A stretch of DNA of 64,000 nt, taken from contig OZ242195.1 in NCBI GenBank assembly GCA_965205975.1, positions 2,272,001-2,336,000 on the forward strand, read 5' to 3'. Below, piece by piece: positions 9,666 to 19,503 of this stretch. Position 1 is the first letter of the stretch. Every line of letters starts with the position of its first letter. Under the pieces are notes generated by a model, which ran no database searches, was not told the DNA's origin, and saw only the letters and a list, made by a program, of their open reading frames with translations. Both the position numbers and the translations under genes were made by a program. Origin of the DNA: Candidatus Latescibacterota bacterium (GTDB lineage Bacteria > Latescibacterota > UBA2968).

Positions 9666-10886
9666 TCAATCACCTCTGACCGCAGTCCGCACCACCATGC
9701 CTTCAGTTGCGACCTGAATCCCGCCTATGACGACCGCCTGGCCGGCTTCCAGAGTGCCGGTTACGAACACTTTATCATCGGAACGCTGAAGGACGCGCAC
9801 CGGGACGATGGTCAATCGTTTGTCATCGCGCACTGCCCAAATCTCGTTGCCTGGCCTGAGTGCTGACCGTCGCAGGATGAAGTACCGGTCTGGGATGATT
9901 CCCTCAATTCGTACTTTCACAAACTTACCCACAAGAAGGGGCGGACCTGGACCAGCATTTGCATTATCGCCATCTGCTCCAGCCCAGGTGCCGCTTGCAA
10001 AGGGGTCCGGAACGCGTACGATGACGTTGATGGTGCGCGTCTGTTCGTCCAAGGATGCCTCCGCCCGATCTACATAGCCCTCCCAGGCATAGCTCCCTTT
10101 GCCGTATTCAGCTATGACGTGAGCCTTGACCCGCCGGTCTCCGTCGCCCGCTTCCAACTCCCATAGGCCGGGGATGAGAACCGCGTTGGCGTCGGACAGG
10201 GGAACCACTACTTCGACGGCGTTGGCCGCGTAAAGTCGCCCTGCGCTCTGGCCAGCTACCACGAACTGCCCCACATCTATCGACTCGATCCGCACGACTC
10301 CGCTGAAGGGCGCACGTATCTCTGTGCGGGACAAAGCCAATTCAGCGTCAGCGAGCATGGCACTATCTCTACCTAAAGCGGCTTGGGCAGCCTCGAGCTG
10401 AGGCTGCCGCAATACCAGAGGACTGGCCTCCGTCAGAGACGTGCGATCCGCCTGACGGCGTTTATATTGTGCGTATTCAGCGCGTGCGATCCGGGCCTCT
10501 TCCTCCTCCTGAAGAAGTACTACCTGCTGTGCGGCCACGTTGGCACGTGCCTGCTGCACTCTGTTGCGATAGTCGGCGTCCTCAATGCGGAAGAGAACCT
10601 GCCCTTCGCGAACTCGTCCGCCACTCTGAAAGGCCGGATCCACCCAAACAACCTTACCATTGATTTCGGCAGCGACATCTATCTCTGCGACAGGTCGAAC
10701 CGTCCCGGCTCCGTACACGGGAATTGCACTGGTACCGACCACTGCAGGCGTTGCGGTTACGAAGGGAATCTGGGTGGGAAGAGGTCGGAGTTCCGGATTG
10801 GGCTTCAACCAGACCATAAGGCTGGCAAAAAACAAGGATATGAGAAGGACGGCACCGGCCGTGAGTAAGCTTCTTCCTCGATTCAT
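9666..10886 (-). CDS. RND efflux periplasmic adaptor (membrane fusion protein)
   Basis: N-terminal TM, lipoyl-like GGRVREGQVLFRIE, hairpin coiled coil, RTEIRAPFSG and DEQTRT. Confidence 0.9.
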   Translation of the reverse strand: MNRGRSLLTAGAVLLISLFFASLMVWLKPNPELRPLPTQIPFVTATPAVVGTSAIPVYGAGTVRPVAEIDVAAEINGKVVWVDPAFQSGGRVREGQVLFRIEDADYRNRVQQARANVAAQQVVLLQEEEEARIARAEYAQYKRRQADRTSLTEASPLVLRQPQLEAAQAALGRDSAMLADAELALSRTEIRAPFSGVVRIESIDVGQFVVAGQSAGRLYAANAVEVVVPLSDANAVLIPGLWELEAGDGDRRVKAHVIAEYGKGSYAWEGYVDRAEASLDEQTRTINVIVRVPDPFASGTWAGADGDNANAGPGPPLLVGKFVKVRIEGIIPDRYFILRRSALRPGNEIWAVRDDKRLTIVPVRVLQRSDDKVFVTGTLEAGQAVVIGGIQVATEGMVVRTAVRGD

Positions 10887-11052
10887 CTCTTTTCTCTTTT
10901 CAGTACAGGCTGATTCGGTGTGCGGCTTGGCATTGATAAGCTAAAAGGGAATGTAAACGTGCCAATTACTTGTCCCTATATACCATAGCATACACTTTTA
11001 CAAAATGCAAGATTTTTAAATCTGATTAGTATTAGAATGTCTTGCGGTTTTT

Positions 11053-12480
11053 TTATGCTTCTTGCAATGCGGCGTGGAAGGTCCAGAGACGCCATTGGGC
11101 ATTATCGAAATTTGAGAGTTTGATTCGTATTTCAGAAGGTCCAACGGGAAGTTCACATGGAATATAGTCGATGGCGAACCCATTCTCATGTTCCTCCGCA
11201 TGGATCTCCGCACCATTGACCCACACGCGCATCCAGTCGTCATAACCGATGGCGAGGGTGTACGCGCCCGCTTCAGGCGGAGTAATTTGTCCTACTGCAT
11301 AAGCGGAGACATTGGCGGGTTGAGTACCGACATTGGTGCGTTTGCGACCTCGAAGGTGCCGCGTAAAATCGCACCAGCCGCGTTCTGAATCCGCTTGAAT
11401 GGGCAGAGAAAGTGTAGTGGGCGCATTATCACCCATGTAAATGTCAAAATCAGCAGTATGCGTGTTGGGCCAATCGGAGACGGATTTTTCGGCCCATTCG
11501 GACCGATTGAAATCTTCGCGTGTATTGCAGGGAAAAGGCCCGGCGATTTGCCATTGATCTGGGGTGAGAATAGCCGGAGGATCAGCGGGATTGACATAGG
11601 CGTAAATAACGCTTTCGAGATCATTCCCACGAGATCCAAAACGAATAATAGCCGAGTGATCAAACCATATTGGATCGGGACCGAAAAAGCGGTACATCAC
11701 CCCTTCGTAACCAGAACCTCCCGCTGTGTGTTCAGCACTCCGATGGATATGCGGCGCGCCTACCCAATCGGTTTGTATCTTCCATATCCCAAAGCTCATA
11801 TTGAAAATATCCTCACCCCCAATGCCGCGCAGGGCGTGAGGATCGCTTTCTCCATCAAGCAGCCACAAGTCTCCGCCGGTATGATACCAGCTATCAGCGC
11901 GATCCCTTACGACCACCCCCTTGACCATACCCGCGATAAATCCACTGCCCGAATAGTCAGCCATCAGCATACTACCCAGCGATTGAGCGGGGTATTCGCC
12001 GCGGGGCGTGACGTGGAGGCGCAATGGAGTTAATTCGGTATTGTCATACGACGACCAATCGGCCATAAACCAGAGCGGAATAGCGCGACCACTATTATTC
12101 GTAATTTCGAGACGCAGCGATTTGAAAGGGATGGGCAAATAACAATTGAGCGCGTTTTTGGGAAGGATTTTGATGACCGCGCTATCAATGGGATAAATAT
12201 CGTGTTCAAAGAGAATGGCAAAAAAACGGGCGAGGGGAAGATCGACAGCGGGATCGTCCTCCCCATCGCAATAGAGGCGGAGTTGCAAATCGTGGATGGG
12301 ATCGCGCGCATCGCCTTCGCGCTTATACCCATAAGTGAGCCACCAGTGATGGATGCACCCTGGACCCTCTTCATCAAAGAGAACTGCCGTTTCGCCAGAA
12401 GCCACATTGGGACGACGGGTAACGCGCTGACTTTTCCCGCGAATGGGCAATTCGAGCTCTGCGTGAAAAAGGCGATTCAT
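11053..12480 (-). CDS. DUF2961 / glycoside hydrolase family 172-like protein with C-terminal beta-sandwich
   Basis: GPGCIHHWW, LRLYCDGED.P.VD.PL..FF, NCYLPIPF, G.GGEDIF and YRFFGPDPI.F. Start placed at ATG 12480. Confidence 0.75.
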   Translation of the reverse strand: MNRLFHAELELPIRGKSQRVTRRPNVASGETAVLFDEEGPGCIHHWWLTYGYKREGDARDPIHDLQLRLYCDGEDDPAVDLPLARFFAILFEHDIYPIDSAVIKILPKNALNCYLPIPFKSLRLEITNNSGRAIPLWFMADWSSYDNTELTPLRLHVTPRGEYPAQSLGSMLMADYSGSGFIAGMVKGVVVRDRADSWYHTGGDLWLLDGESDPHALRGIGGEDIFNMSFGIWKIQTDWVGAPHIHRSAEHTAGGSGYEGVMYRFFGPDPIWFDHSAIIRFGSRGNDLESVIYAYVNPADPPAILTPDQWQIAGPFPCNTREDFNRSEWAEKSVSDWPNTHTADFDIYMGDNAPTTLSLPIQADSERGWCDFTRHLRGRKRTNVGTQPANVSAYAVGQITPPEAGAYTLAIGYDDWMRVWVNGAEIHAEEHENGFAIDYIPCELPVGPSEIRIKLSNFDNAQWRLWTFHAALQEA

Positions 12481-12491
12481 CACTGGAATAT

Positions 12492-12587
12492 TCAATCTGA
12501 TTTTTTGTGTTCAGAAGAAATAACAATAAAACCAATGACGAACAAAGTCACTATAAATGTCATAAACAGCATCATTCCAACAGGCAT
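12492..12587 (-). CDS. 31-aa single-pass small membrane protein (not in the ORF track)
   Basis: MPVGMMLFMTFIVTLFVIGFIVISSEHKKSD*, with SD AAGGAG 7 nt upstream. Ends 11 nt before the DUF2961 start. Confidence 0.6.
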   Translation of the reverse strand: MPVGMMLFMTFIVTLFVIGFIVISSEHKKSD

Positions 12588-12779
12588 TGTGTGTCTCCTT
12601 TTAAAATGTGAATGTCAAATCAGCATATTAATCGAAACTATGCGACAAATTTGAGCAGGGTATGGCTTTCCAATGTCAGCAATGTTGTGATCTACATCCA
12701 TCTTTAAATTTGTTCAGTTTTCTGCTGTATAACTGTCCAATGCAACTCCAACGAATTATTAGCAGAACAGGATAGTGCC

Positions 12780-13352
12780 CTATGTTTCTTCAAGAGGTGT
12801 GTATAGAACACCATCTTTCCTGTCCCCACTGATCTCACCTATGCAATTCAAGAATCTTATACCAACACTGTTTGTATCAACGAGAACAAATTGTTGATTT
12901 GTACGCATACCTATTGTCACCGAATGCATTTCTATTCTTTTTATTGAGTTCACTACCTGTTGTCCAGCTTGGTAGGTCAAATTCAGTAGGCAATTTTCAG
13001 CCTCAAGCTTTTGTTGAATACGGGGCCACTGGGCATTGACAGATTTGATCAACTCGGCATTGAAATGCTGTCGGGCACAAGAGAAGGTCGCTTCTTTTGA
13101 GCAATTATGAAGGTCAAGGATAACTTGATACCCAAGAACCTGACGTCTTTGCCACTCGGCATCAAAGTGTTCGACAACTTCCTTCTCTGGATTAGTCGTC
13201 ACTGGAAGCGAAAATGAAGAAAGATAGTCCTGATAAAAGTCATTGAGGCTTCCGGAACCGGTGTAATACCTTGCCACAACAGCATAACTGCTTAGGACAC
13301 ACGATCCGTATCGCTGGATAAAATCTTTAGGCAGCCTTGTAATATCAATCAT
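12780..13352 (-). CDS. hypothetical protein, putative C39-like/papain-fold cysteine peptidase
   Basis: QRYGSC..S near the N-terminus and MHSVTIG...FVLVDTN (His to Asp 16 residues) near the C-terminus. Alternative TTG start at 13385. Confidence 0.55.
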   Translation of the reverse strand: MIDITRLPKDFIQRYGSCVLSSYAVVARYYTGSGSLNDFYQDYLSSFSLPVTTNPEKEVVEHFDAEWQRRQVLGYQVILDLHNCSKEATFSCARQHFNAELIKSVNAQWPRIQQKLEAENCLLNLTYQAGQQVVNSIKRIEMHSVTIGMRTNQQFVLVDTNSVGIRFLNCIGEISGDRKDGVLYTPLEET

Positions 13353-13381
13353 TTTGTTTATCCTACATTTAAAAATCCGAT

Positions 13382-13624
13382 TCAAACAGTTGTGTACTTA
13401 TGTCCAGGGGGTGTGGAGACCGGCTTCAGTATGTATATCTTGCCCTGCCGTGCTGCTGACTCAATATCTCCGCGGCGAAGAGCTGCTCTTACCTCGTCGA
13501 GCTTGTAAGCGTCTTGCAAAGAAAGATAAGGCGACCACTCATCCTCGGTTTCCAACAACTCGACATCAACCTCAGCGACATACTGACCTTCATGAATCAG
13601 TTTTGTACGGCTTCGCTTTTTCAT
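13382..13624 (-). CDS. small conserved partner of DUF4258 (putative antitoxin)
   Basis: MKKRSRTKLIHEGQYVAEVDVEL...WSPYLS..DAYKLD.VR.AL. ATG overlaps the DUF4258 stop (TGATG). Confidence 0.7.
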   Translation of the reverse strand: MKKRSRTKLIHEGQYVAEVDVELLETEDEWSPYLSLQDAYKLDEVRAALRRGDIESAARQGKIYILKPVSTPPGHKYTTV

Positions 13625-13944
13625 CAGCGTCTCCTGAGAAAATCGTTTTCCCACAACTCTATATCTGGCCTATAAGCCGTCACCAGAACCGCAGGACTGG
13701 CATGGCCTTTCGGTATCCCCCAGACAACATGGACTGGCTGACTGTTCGTGTCTCGTTGAAGCACGAGAACACAAGGACCTTTTGGATAGTGCGGATAATC
13801 TTCCACAACGACGGCATCAGTGACCCCCTCCACCAATTCCCGAGCTAAGAGAGCGTCCTCCGAAAGTTCACTGTATCCATGGACTGAAATACGCACTTCG
13901 CCTTTTTGGATCAACATCTGGATATTTGCAAGCGTTTCGCTCAA
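13624..13944 (-). CDS. DUF4258 family protein (putative RelE-like toxin)
   Basis: RISVHG, VEDYP, PCVLVL, PVHVVW and LVTAYRPD..W motifs. Confidence 0.8.
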   Translation of the reverse strand: MSETLANIQMLIQKGEVRISVHGYSELSEDALLARELVEGVTDAVVVEDYPHYPKGPCVLVLQRDTNSQPVHVVWGIPKGHASPAVLVTAYRPDIELWENDFLRRR

Positions 13945-13980
13945 CAGATTCTCTCATTTTTTGAACGAGTTAGAATCCCA

Positions 13981-15705
13981 TTACGCGGTGAAGATAGCGA
14001 CGACGGTCCAGCAGATTGCGGCGAGTCCGGCGGCAATAGAGGCTTGCGGAATTTGCGTTTTGACGTGATCCATCAGGTCGCAACCCGTACACATAGAACT
14101 TAGAACCGTAGTATCTGAAATTGGCGAACACTGATCGCCGTAAACACTACCGTCTATGACAGCGGCAAAACACAGCGTCATAAAAAGTTCGGGATGTGAC
14201 AGGCCATTTGCCATTGCGACCGCCCAGGCCAGTGGCATAGCCAGTGGAAAAGCCACCGCATACGTGCCCCAACTCGTACCTGTGGAAAAGGCAATCGCCA
14301 TCGTGAGAATTTGGAGCAAAACCGGCAAAATGAAATACGGAATGGTATCCCCGAGTTGCTCGACCAGGAAGATGCCTCCACCCGTTTCCTTGCTGATGCC
14401 ACCAATAGTAATAGCCAGCAAGAGAATAACCGAGCCGAGCACCACGCCTTTGAGACCATCGTGAAATCCCGAGACAATATCCTTAAGCGACATGCCCTTG
14501 GCAAGAGCCATACCCACGGCTATCAGAAGTGCGATGCCAAAAGCCCATTGCACATTCGGAGATCCGCTGATGATAAAAGTCCCGATAGCAATGGCGATAA
14601 GCGCGCCCAGAGGCAGGAAAAACTCGAGAACATGCGGCGTGTAGCCTTCGGGCACATTGCTTCCCTGCAGTTCTTTGGCACTCAAAGGATCGGCATCGTC
14701 GGCGTCGAGTTGCCCTGTCTCTCGAGAGCGCTGCATAGCATCCTTGAGTTGCTTGCCCAAAAAGAGGGGTTTTTCAATACTGAGCAAGAACGTGCCCAAC
14801 ACGGCGAAAATCGCGTAGAAGCAGAACGGGACACTCTTAAAAAAGAAGAGAAGACGGTCGGCTTCAGTAGCTAAAAAACTGACACCTGCGACAAAAATAA
14901 AGGCCTGAACATAGCCCGGCCAGGCATTGAAAGCGAGCTGTGAAGCAATCGGTGAAGCGGTCGAATCGACGATGTAGGCCAATTCCTCGTGGCTGATTTT
15001 TTCCTTATCCGCAATGGGTTTGACAGTCGTACCGACCAGCACCGTACTAACGGTGCCGCCCTGAAAGAAGATGACACCGAGCATCCAGGCGACGAGCTTG
15101 GCACTCTTGGGACCGCGAACAAAACGCACAGTCATAAATTCGGCAAAAGCTTGCGCTGCACCCGTGCGCGACCATATCCCCATAAGCCCACCCAGGAGCC
15201 ACAAATAGAGCAATAAGATACTCGCGGCATTTGACGTTGACAATGAAGGGATTAAGACCTCGCCCGTAAAGTCATAGCGGGTCAAAATAAGCGCGCCAGA
15301 GATAATACCACCCAAAAGAGCTGTGACGGGTTCTTTGGTAATCCAGCATAAGAGCACGGCCACCACCGCGGGCAGCAGTGACCAGTAGCCCCAGTGGTGT
15401 TTTGCCAGGAGTTGATAATATTTGATTTCTCCATCCTCTACCGATGAGACAAATTCCTCTTTGATGGGAGGCGTTTCATTCGAGCCGTGTATTCTCGAGC
15501 GATTGAGCTGCGCTTGTTCAATCGGCACCGCATCGAAATAGGCGGGTTTGCCTCTGTAGATGTAATACAGTTGGCCACTATCGTCTGTGAGAACGTCTAA
15601 GGTAATTTGTTCAACGGTCCATGTGGGCGGCACAGTTGACCCCACAATCCACGATACAATTATGGCAACGACAAAAATGACAAAATTGCGAATACCAGTA
15701 GGCAT
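13981..15705 (-). CDS. NhaC-family Na+/H+ antiporter-like transporter
   Basis: [28 protein letters not shown] and [15 protein letters not shown]...DHVKTQ. ATG 15705 has SD GGAGG. Confidence 0.85.
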   Translation of the reverse strand: MPTGIRNFVIFVVAIIVSWIVGSTVPPTWTVEQITLDVLTDDSGQLYYIYRGKPAYFDAVPIEQAQLNRSRIHGSNETPPIKEEFVSSVEDGEIKYYQLLAKHHWGYWSLLPAVVAVLLCWITKEPVTALLGGIISGALILTRYDFTGEVLIPSLSTSNAASILLLYLWLLGGLMGIWSRTGAAQAFAEFMTVRFVRGPKSAKLVAWMLGVIFFQGGTVSTVLVGTTVKPIADKEKISHEELAYIVDSTASPIASQLAFNAWPGYVQAFIFVAGVSFLATEADRLLFFFKSVPFCFYAIFAVLGTFLLSIEKPLFLGKQLKDAMQRSRETGQLDADDADPLSAKELQGSNVPEGYTPHVLEFFLPLGALIAIAIGTFIISGSPNVQWAFGIALLIAVGMALAKGMSLKDIVSGFHDGLKGVVLGSVILLLAITIGGISKETGGGIFLVEQLGDTIPYFILPVLLQILTMAIAFSTGTSWGTYAVAFPLAMPLAWAVAMANGLSHPELFMTLCFAAVIDGSVYGDQCSPISDTTVLSSMCTGCDLMDHVKTQIPQASIAAGLAAICWTVVAIFTA

Positions 15706-15827
15706 ATACTCCCTCCGGAATAAGGGTATAAAAAATGCGGCGAGAAGGCGCACCAAAATAAGGCGGTAAAATGCACTTGTCAATTGCTTTGGCACAGGAT
15801 AAACATAGAAAAATGGGATAAAACAAG

Positions 15828-15855
15828 TTGACTTTGTACATAAGTTTGTTACATT
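15828..15855 (+). promoter_or_regulatory. sigma70-type promoter with degenerate LexA-like box in the spacer
   Basis: TTGACT-16 nt-TACATT with extended -10 TG. The spacer contains GTAC-ATAA-GTTT. Confidence 0.45.
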
Positions 15856-15958
15856 ATCTTTAAATTTACCCCTTGGCCATGACCACCCCTATTTATGGCC
15901 GAAAGGGTTGTGTGCATGGCGAGATTTTTTTAAAGACGCCAGTGGCGAGGAGGGTCTT

Positions 15959-16150
15959 ATGGAGCAAGCGTTTCCACAGTGTTTGAAGTGCAACACGGGT
16001 ATTTTGCTACCGCTGTCGGATTATGGGCGCGATGGGGCATCTATCATGTACAAAGCATGGGTATGCAACAATCCCAACTGCGGATTTAATTTGCGGATTG
16101 ACAACGGTGAAATTAGCACGGGCCGGGATATTACCGAGTCCTACAAGTAG
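15959..16150 (+). CDS. 63-aa zinc-ribbon protein (CxxC...CxxxxC)
   Basis: MEQAFPQCLKC...WVCNNPNCGFNLRIDNGE. Strong SD GAGGAGG, own promoter and terminator. Confidence 0.75.
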   Translation: MEQAFPQCLKCNTGILLPLSDYGRDGASIMYKAWVCNNPNCGFNLRIDNGEISTGRDITESYK

Positions 16151-16155
16151 AGCTC

Positions 16156-16196
16156 CCATTTCGGTGGGGTATTCCTCACCGAAATGGTTGTTTTTT
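16156..16196 (+). terminator. intrinsic terminator
   Basis: CCATTTCGGTGGGG...CCTCACCGAAATGG followed by TTGTTTTTT. Confidence 0.75.
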
Positions 16197-16312
16197 CCCT
16201 CACCGGTTTGCCGTTTCACCTTCTCCCAAAAAGGGCGGCACCGGTTTCTTTCTTTTTTCCCCTTCGTATGCCGATACACTCCCCTTAATTTTTCAACAAC
16301 TGATACATACTT

Positions 16313-17362
16313 ATGAGCATTTCTGATCGGCCCATTTTAGGTATTGAAACATCCTGCGACGAAACTGCAGCTGCCGTGGTAGCCGATGGACATATCTATT
16401 CCAACACAATTTTTTCCCAAACAGAACACAGCCTCTACGGCGGCGTGGTGCCCGAATTGGCATCTCGCAACCACATACGAACACTCCTGCCCATCGTCGA
16501 TCGGGCACTTTCAGAAGCCGACCTGAAACTGGACGACTTAGGTGGTATTGCTGTGACACAGGGGCCAGGATTGGTGGGTTGCCTGCTTGTGGGCATTTCC
16601 GTGGGCAAAGGGCTTGCACTGGGTTCGGGGCTACCCCTCGTAGGTGTGCATCACATAGAAGGACATTTATTTGCAGGCAGTATGGCACATCCCGACCTGG
16701 TGCCGCCTTTTATGGCCCTGGTGGTTTCAGGAGGGCATACGGAATTGATTTATGTCTGTGCATGGGGTAATTACGAGCGCTGGGGACGCACGCGCGACGA
16801 TGCCGCAGGTGAAGCATTTGATAAAGTGGCTAAAATACTGGGACTATTGCGCGAGGGGGAGGTCACCATGGGCGGACCGCGCATTTCGATGCTCGCAGAA
16901 GAGGGAAACCCCGAAGCCTTTGATTTTCCGCGTGCGTTGATCAACAATCCGGGATTTGATTTTAGTTTTAGCGGATTAAAAACGTCTGTACTCTATCGGA
17001 TTCGCGATCTCGCCGTAGAGAATATTGAAGCTATCGGAGCAAATATTGCGGCGAGTTTTCAGGCGGCTGTAGTCGATGTATTGGTGGATAAGACACTCAG
17101 GGCCGCGCGAGAAGCAGGTACAGAGCGGGTATTGCTTTCGGGTGGTGTGGCCGCCAATCGCGCGCTGCGAGCACAACTCGATGATGATGCTTCCAAACTC
17201 GGGATGGGTGTATTTTATCCGCCGACGGCCCTGTGTACAGACAATGCGGCGATGATTGCTGGCGCAGGTGCTTTTCGCCTGGCCCGAGGTGAAATTGCCA
17301 GGGGTAATTTGAATGCGGCCCCGCGGTTGCCACTGCCTGGACTGCGCGAGCGGCAGGTATAA
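16313..17362 (+). CDS. tsaD: tRNA N6-adenosine threonylcarbamoyltransferase
   Basis: ILGIETSCDET, GGVVPELASR.H, HHIEGH, SGGHT, DDAAGEAFDK and CTDNAAMI. Confidence 0.97.
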   Translation: MSISDRPILGIETSCDETAAAVVADGHIYSNTIFSQTEHSLYGGVVPELASRNHIRTLLPIVDRALSEADLKLDDLGGIAVTQGPGLVGCLLVGISVGKGLALGSGLPLVGVHHIEGHLFAGSMAHPDLVPPFMALVVSGGHTELIYVCAWGNYERWGRTRDDAAGEAFDKVAKILGLLREGEVTMGGPRISMLAEEGNPEAFDFPRALINNPGFDFSFSGLKTSVLYRIRDLAVENIEAIGANIAASFQAAVVDVLVDKTLRAAREAGTERVLLSGGVAANRALRAQLDDDASKLGMGVFYPPTALCTDNAAMIAGAGAFRLARGEIARGNLNAAPRLPLPGLRERQV

Positions 17363-17364
17363 CA

Positions 17365-19503
17365 ATGCTGCGCGATATTGGGTTTTCCATCTCAGACGGA
17401 TGGCTGCTATTACTCGTTGGCTGCGCCGGAATTTATCTCGCTTTTTTAATGTATCGCTCGCGCCTTACGGGCATACATCAATTGTTGTTGAGCTTACGCG
17501 TCGCGGCACTCGTTTTGTTAATTGGCCTTTTAATAGAGCCGATTCTTGCGCTGACGTTGCACACGCAGCGTTTGCCCTTAGTCGCCGTGCTCATCGACGA
17601 CAGCGAAAGCATGAAAATTGCAGATGGCGATACCGCGCGTTTTGAAGTTGCAAAAGCCGTGCTGGACGATCCCACACTCAAAAATTTGCGTGCGCGAGTG
17701 ACTCAGTTTCGGTTTTCCGATGTTTTAACGCCCCTGCGAGATAAAGAAGAACTTACCTGGGCGGGGCGAGCGACTGATCTGGCAGGTGCATTAGATGGGT
17801 TGCGCGAACGTACAATGGGTGAAGGGCTTGCTGCCGTAGTGCTCATCTCAGACGGCGGACAAAATTTGGGTGGACGCCCCGAGCGGGCAGCGGTCGATCT
17901 GGGCGCGCCTGTGCTCGCGGTGGGAACAGGTGACCCGGTTCCCCCGAAAGACGTGTCCATTGTATCGGTGGTTATTGATCCTCTGGGCTATGTGGGCAGG
18001 TCGCTTGTGATGCAAGTCCGCGTGCTTTCTTCCGGATTTGAACGGGTGCGCGAGCAGGTGCGCGTGCTCTTGGATAATCGGGAAGTAAGTGCCCAAACCA
18101 TTGCGCTGTCCGATGGCGAACAGACCCTTGAATTTGAGATCAGCCCCGAGCGATCCGGGCGGCATGCATTTTCAGTACAGATTGCGGCACAGACAGGCGA
18201 GCGCACAGTGGGCAACAACCGCGTAGTGGCCTCGACAGATGTGCTCGAAAGTCGCGTGCGAATTTTAATACTTGCGGGCAGTCCGAGTGCCGATCTGGGC
18301 TATTTGCGGCGCGTGCTGCAGGAAGATGTCAATCTGGAACTTGAAGTGCTGGTACGCACATTGACGGCCGGGTGGGAAAAAGACGTGCATCGCGCGCTGC
18401 GCTCATTGGACGAGCGCGATATTGTCGTGTTGATCAACTCTCCCTACGAAGTACTTGCAGGTATGCCTGAGCAGACACTTGTCGCCTTTGTGCAAAAAGG
18501 CGGGGGACTGTTGACCCTGGGGGGCAATGCCGCTTTTGGTGATGGATATGCGCGCTCGGCATTGGCCGATGTTTTGCCCGTGCAGTTTTTGGGATCGTCA
18601 GACACATTTCAAGAACGCGCCTTTGCCCTTTCGTTTCCCGATTCTCGCCACCCCATCTTGCGCGTATCCGACGATCCACTAAGCGACCGCGATGCCTGGG
18701 AGGCATTGCCGCCACTACTGTCTTATAATCGCGTGGGAACTGCTGTTTCCAACGCAACTGTGTTAGCGCATCATCCCACAGAGCGCGTTGATGGTAAACC
18801 GATGCCCGTACTGGCAATTCGCCGCGTAGGCGCAGGAAAAACCGCGACTGTAGCGTATCATACATTTTGGCGTCACGGGCTAATGATGTGGGGCGACGGC
18901 AAGACCGATGCCGTGGCACGCGCATTTTGGAAAAATATGGTGCGCTGGCTGGTCACGCGCGACGAGGTCTCACGTCTAAAAATCACGACTGAAAAGCCCA
19001 CGTATCGAAGCGGTGAGGCAGTCGCGGTACATGCAAGCGTTTTTGACCGTCTATTGCAGCCGCGTCCAGGTGCGCGGGTTCTCGCGCGAGTCGGCGACAG
19101 CCTGGGTGTAAGAGAAGTTCTCCTGCGTGATTTGGGCGGTGGACGGTATGCTGGCAATTTGGGGCGTTTTCCACAAGGCGATTATGAGCTTCAGGTACAG
19201 GCACGGGCCGATGATGGTGATCTGGGTACGGGTATGGGGCGTTTTACTGTGGGAAGATACAGCCTGGAATACGAAACCGTGCGCATGCGTGCCGAACTGC
19301 TCGGCGATATTGCGACGCGCAGTGGCGGGCAATATGTGAGACCGGGTGATCTGAAGACCGCGCTCGATTCGCTTATTCTGGCTCCTGAGCCTGTTATCAC
19401 CCATCACCGGTTCATGTTGTGGGGGCATGAGTGGCCGCTATTTTTGCTAGTGGGGCTGCTGGTATTTGAATGGACTATTCGACGAAGATTGGGGATGGTA
19501 TAA
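17365..19503 (+). CDS. membrane-anchored vWA + Ig + GATase1-like domain protein
   Basis: N-terminal TMs, MIDAS-like IDDSESM / TDL / ISDG, GGGLLTLGG and C-terminal EWTIRRRLG. Confidence 0.75.
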   Translation: MLRDIGFSISDGWLLLLVGCAGIYLAFLMYRSRLTGIHQLLLSLRVAALVLLIGLLIEPILALTLHTQRLPLVAVLIDDSESMKIADGDTARFEVAKAVLDDPTLKNLRARVTQFRFSDVLTPLRDKEELTWAGRATDLAGALDGLRERTMGEGLAAVVLISDGGQNLGGRPERAAVDLGAPVLAVGTGDPVPPKDVSIVSVVIDPLGYVGRSLVMQVRVLSSGFERVREQVRVLLDNREVSAQTIALSDGEQTLEFEISPERSGRHAFSVQIAAQTGERTVGNNRVVASTDVLESRVRILILAGSPSADLGYLRRVLQEDVNLELEVLVRTLTAGWEKDVHRALRSLDERDIVVLINSPYEVLAGMPEQTLVAFVQKGGGLLTLGGNAAFGDGYARSALADVLPVQFLGSSDTFQERAFALSFPDSRHPILRVSDDPLSDRDAWEALPPLLSYNRVGTAVSNATVLAHHPTERVDGKPMPVLAIRRVGAGKTATVAYHTFWRHGLMMWGDGKTDAVARAFWKNMVRWLVTRDEVSRLKITTEKPTYRSGEAVAVHASVFDRLLQPRPGARVLARVGDSLGVREVLLRDLGGGRYAGNLGRFPQGDYELQVQARADDGDLGTGMGRFTVGRYSLEYETVRMRAELLGDIATRSGGQYVRPGDLKTALDSLILAPEPVITHHRFMLWGHEWPLFLLVGLLVFEWTIRRRLGMV

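Noticed and set aside
10955..10975. Minus-strand TGGCACG as a sigma54 site for the RND adaptor
   Set aside because: No -12 GC at the required spacing.
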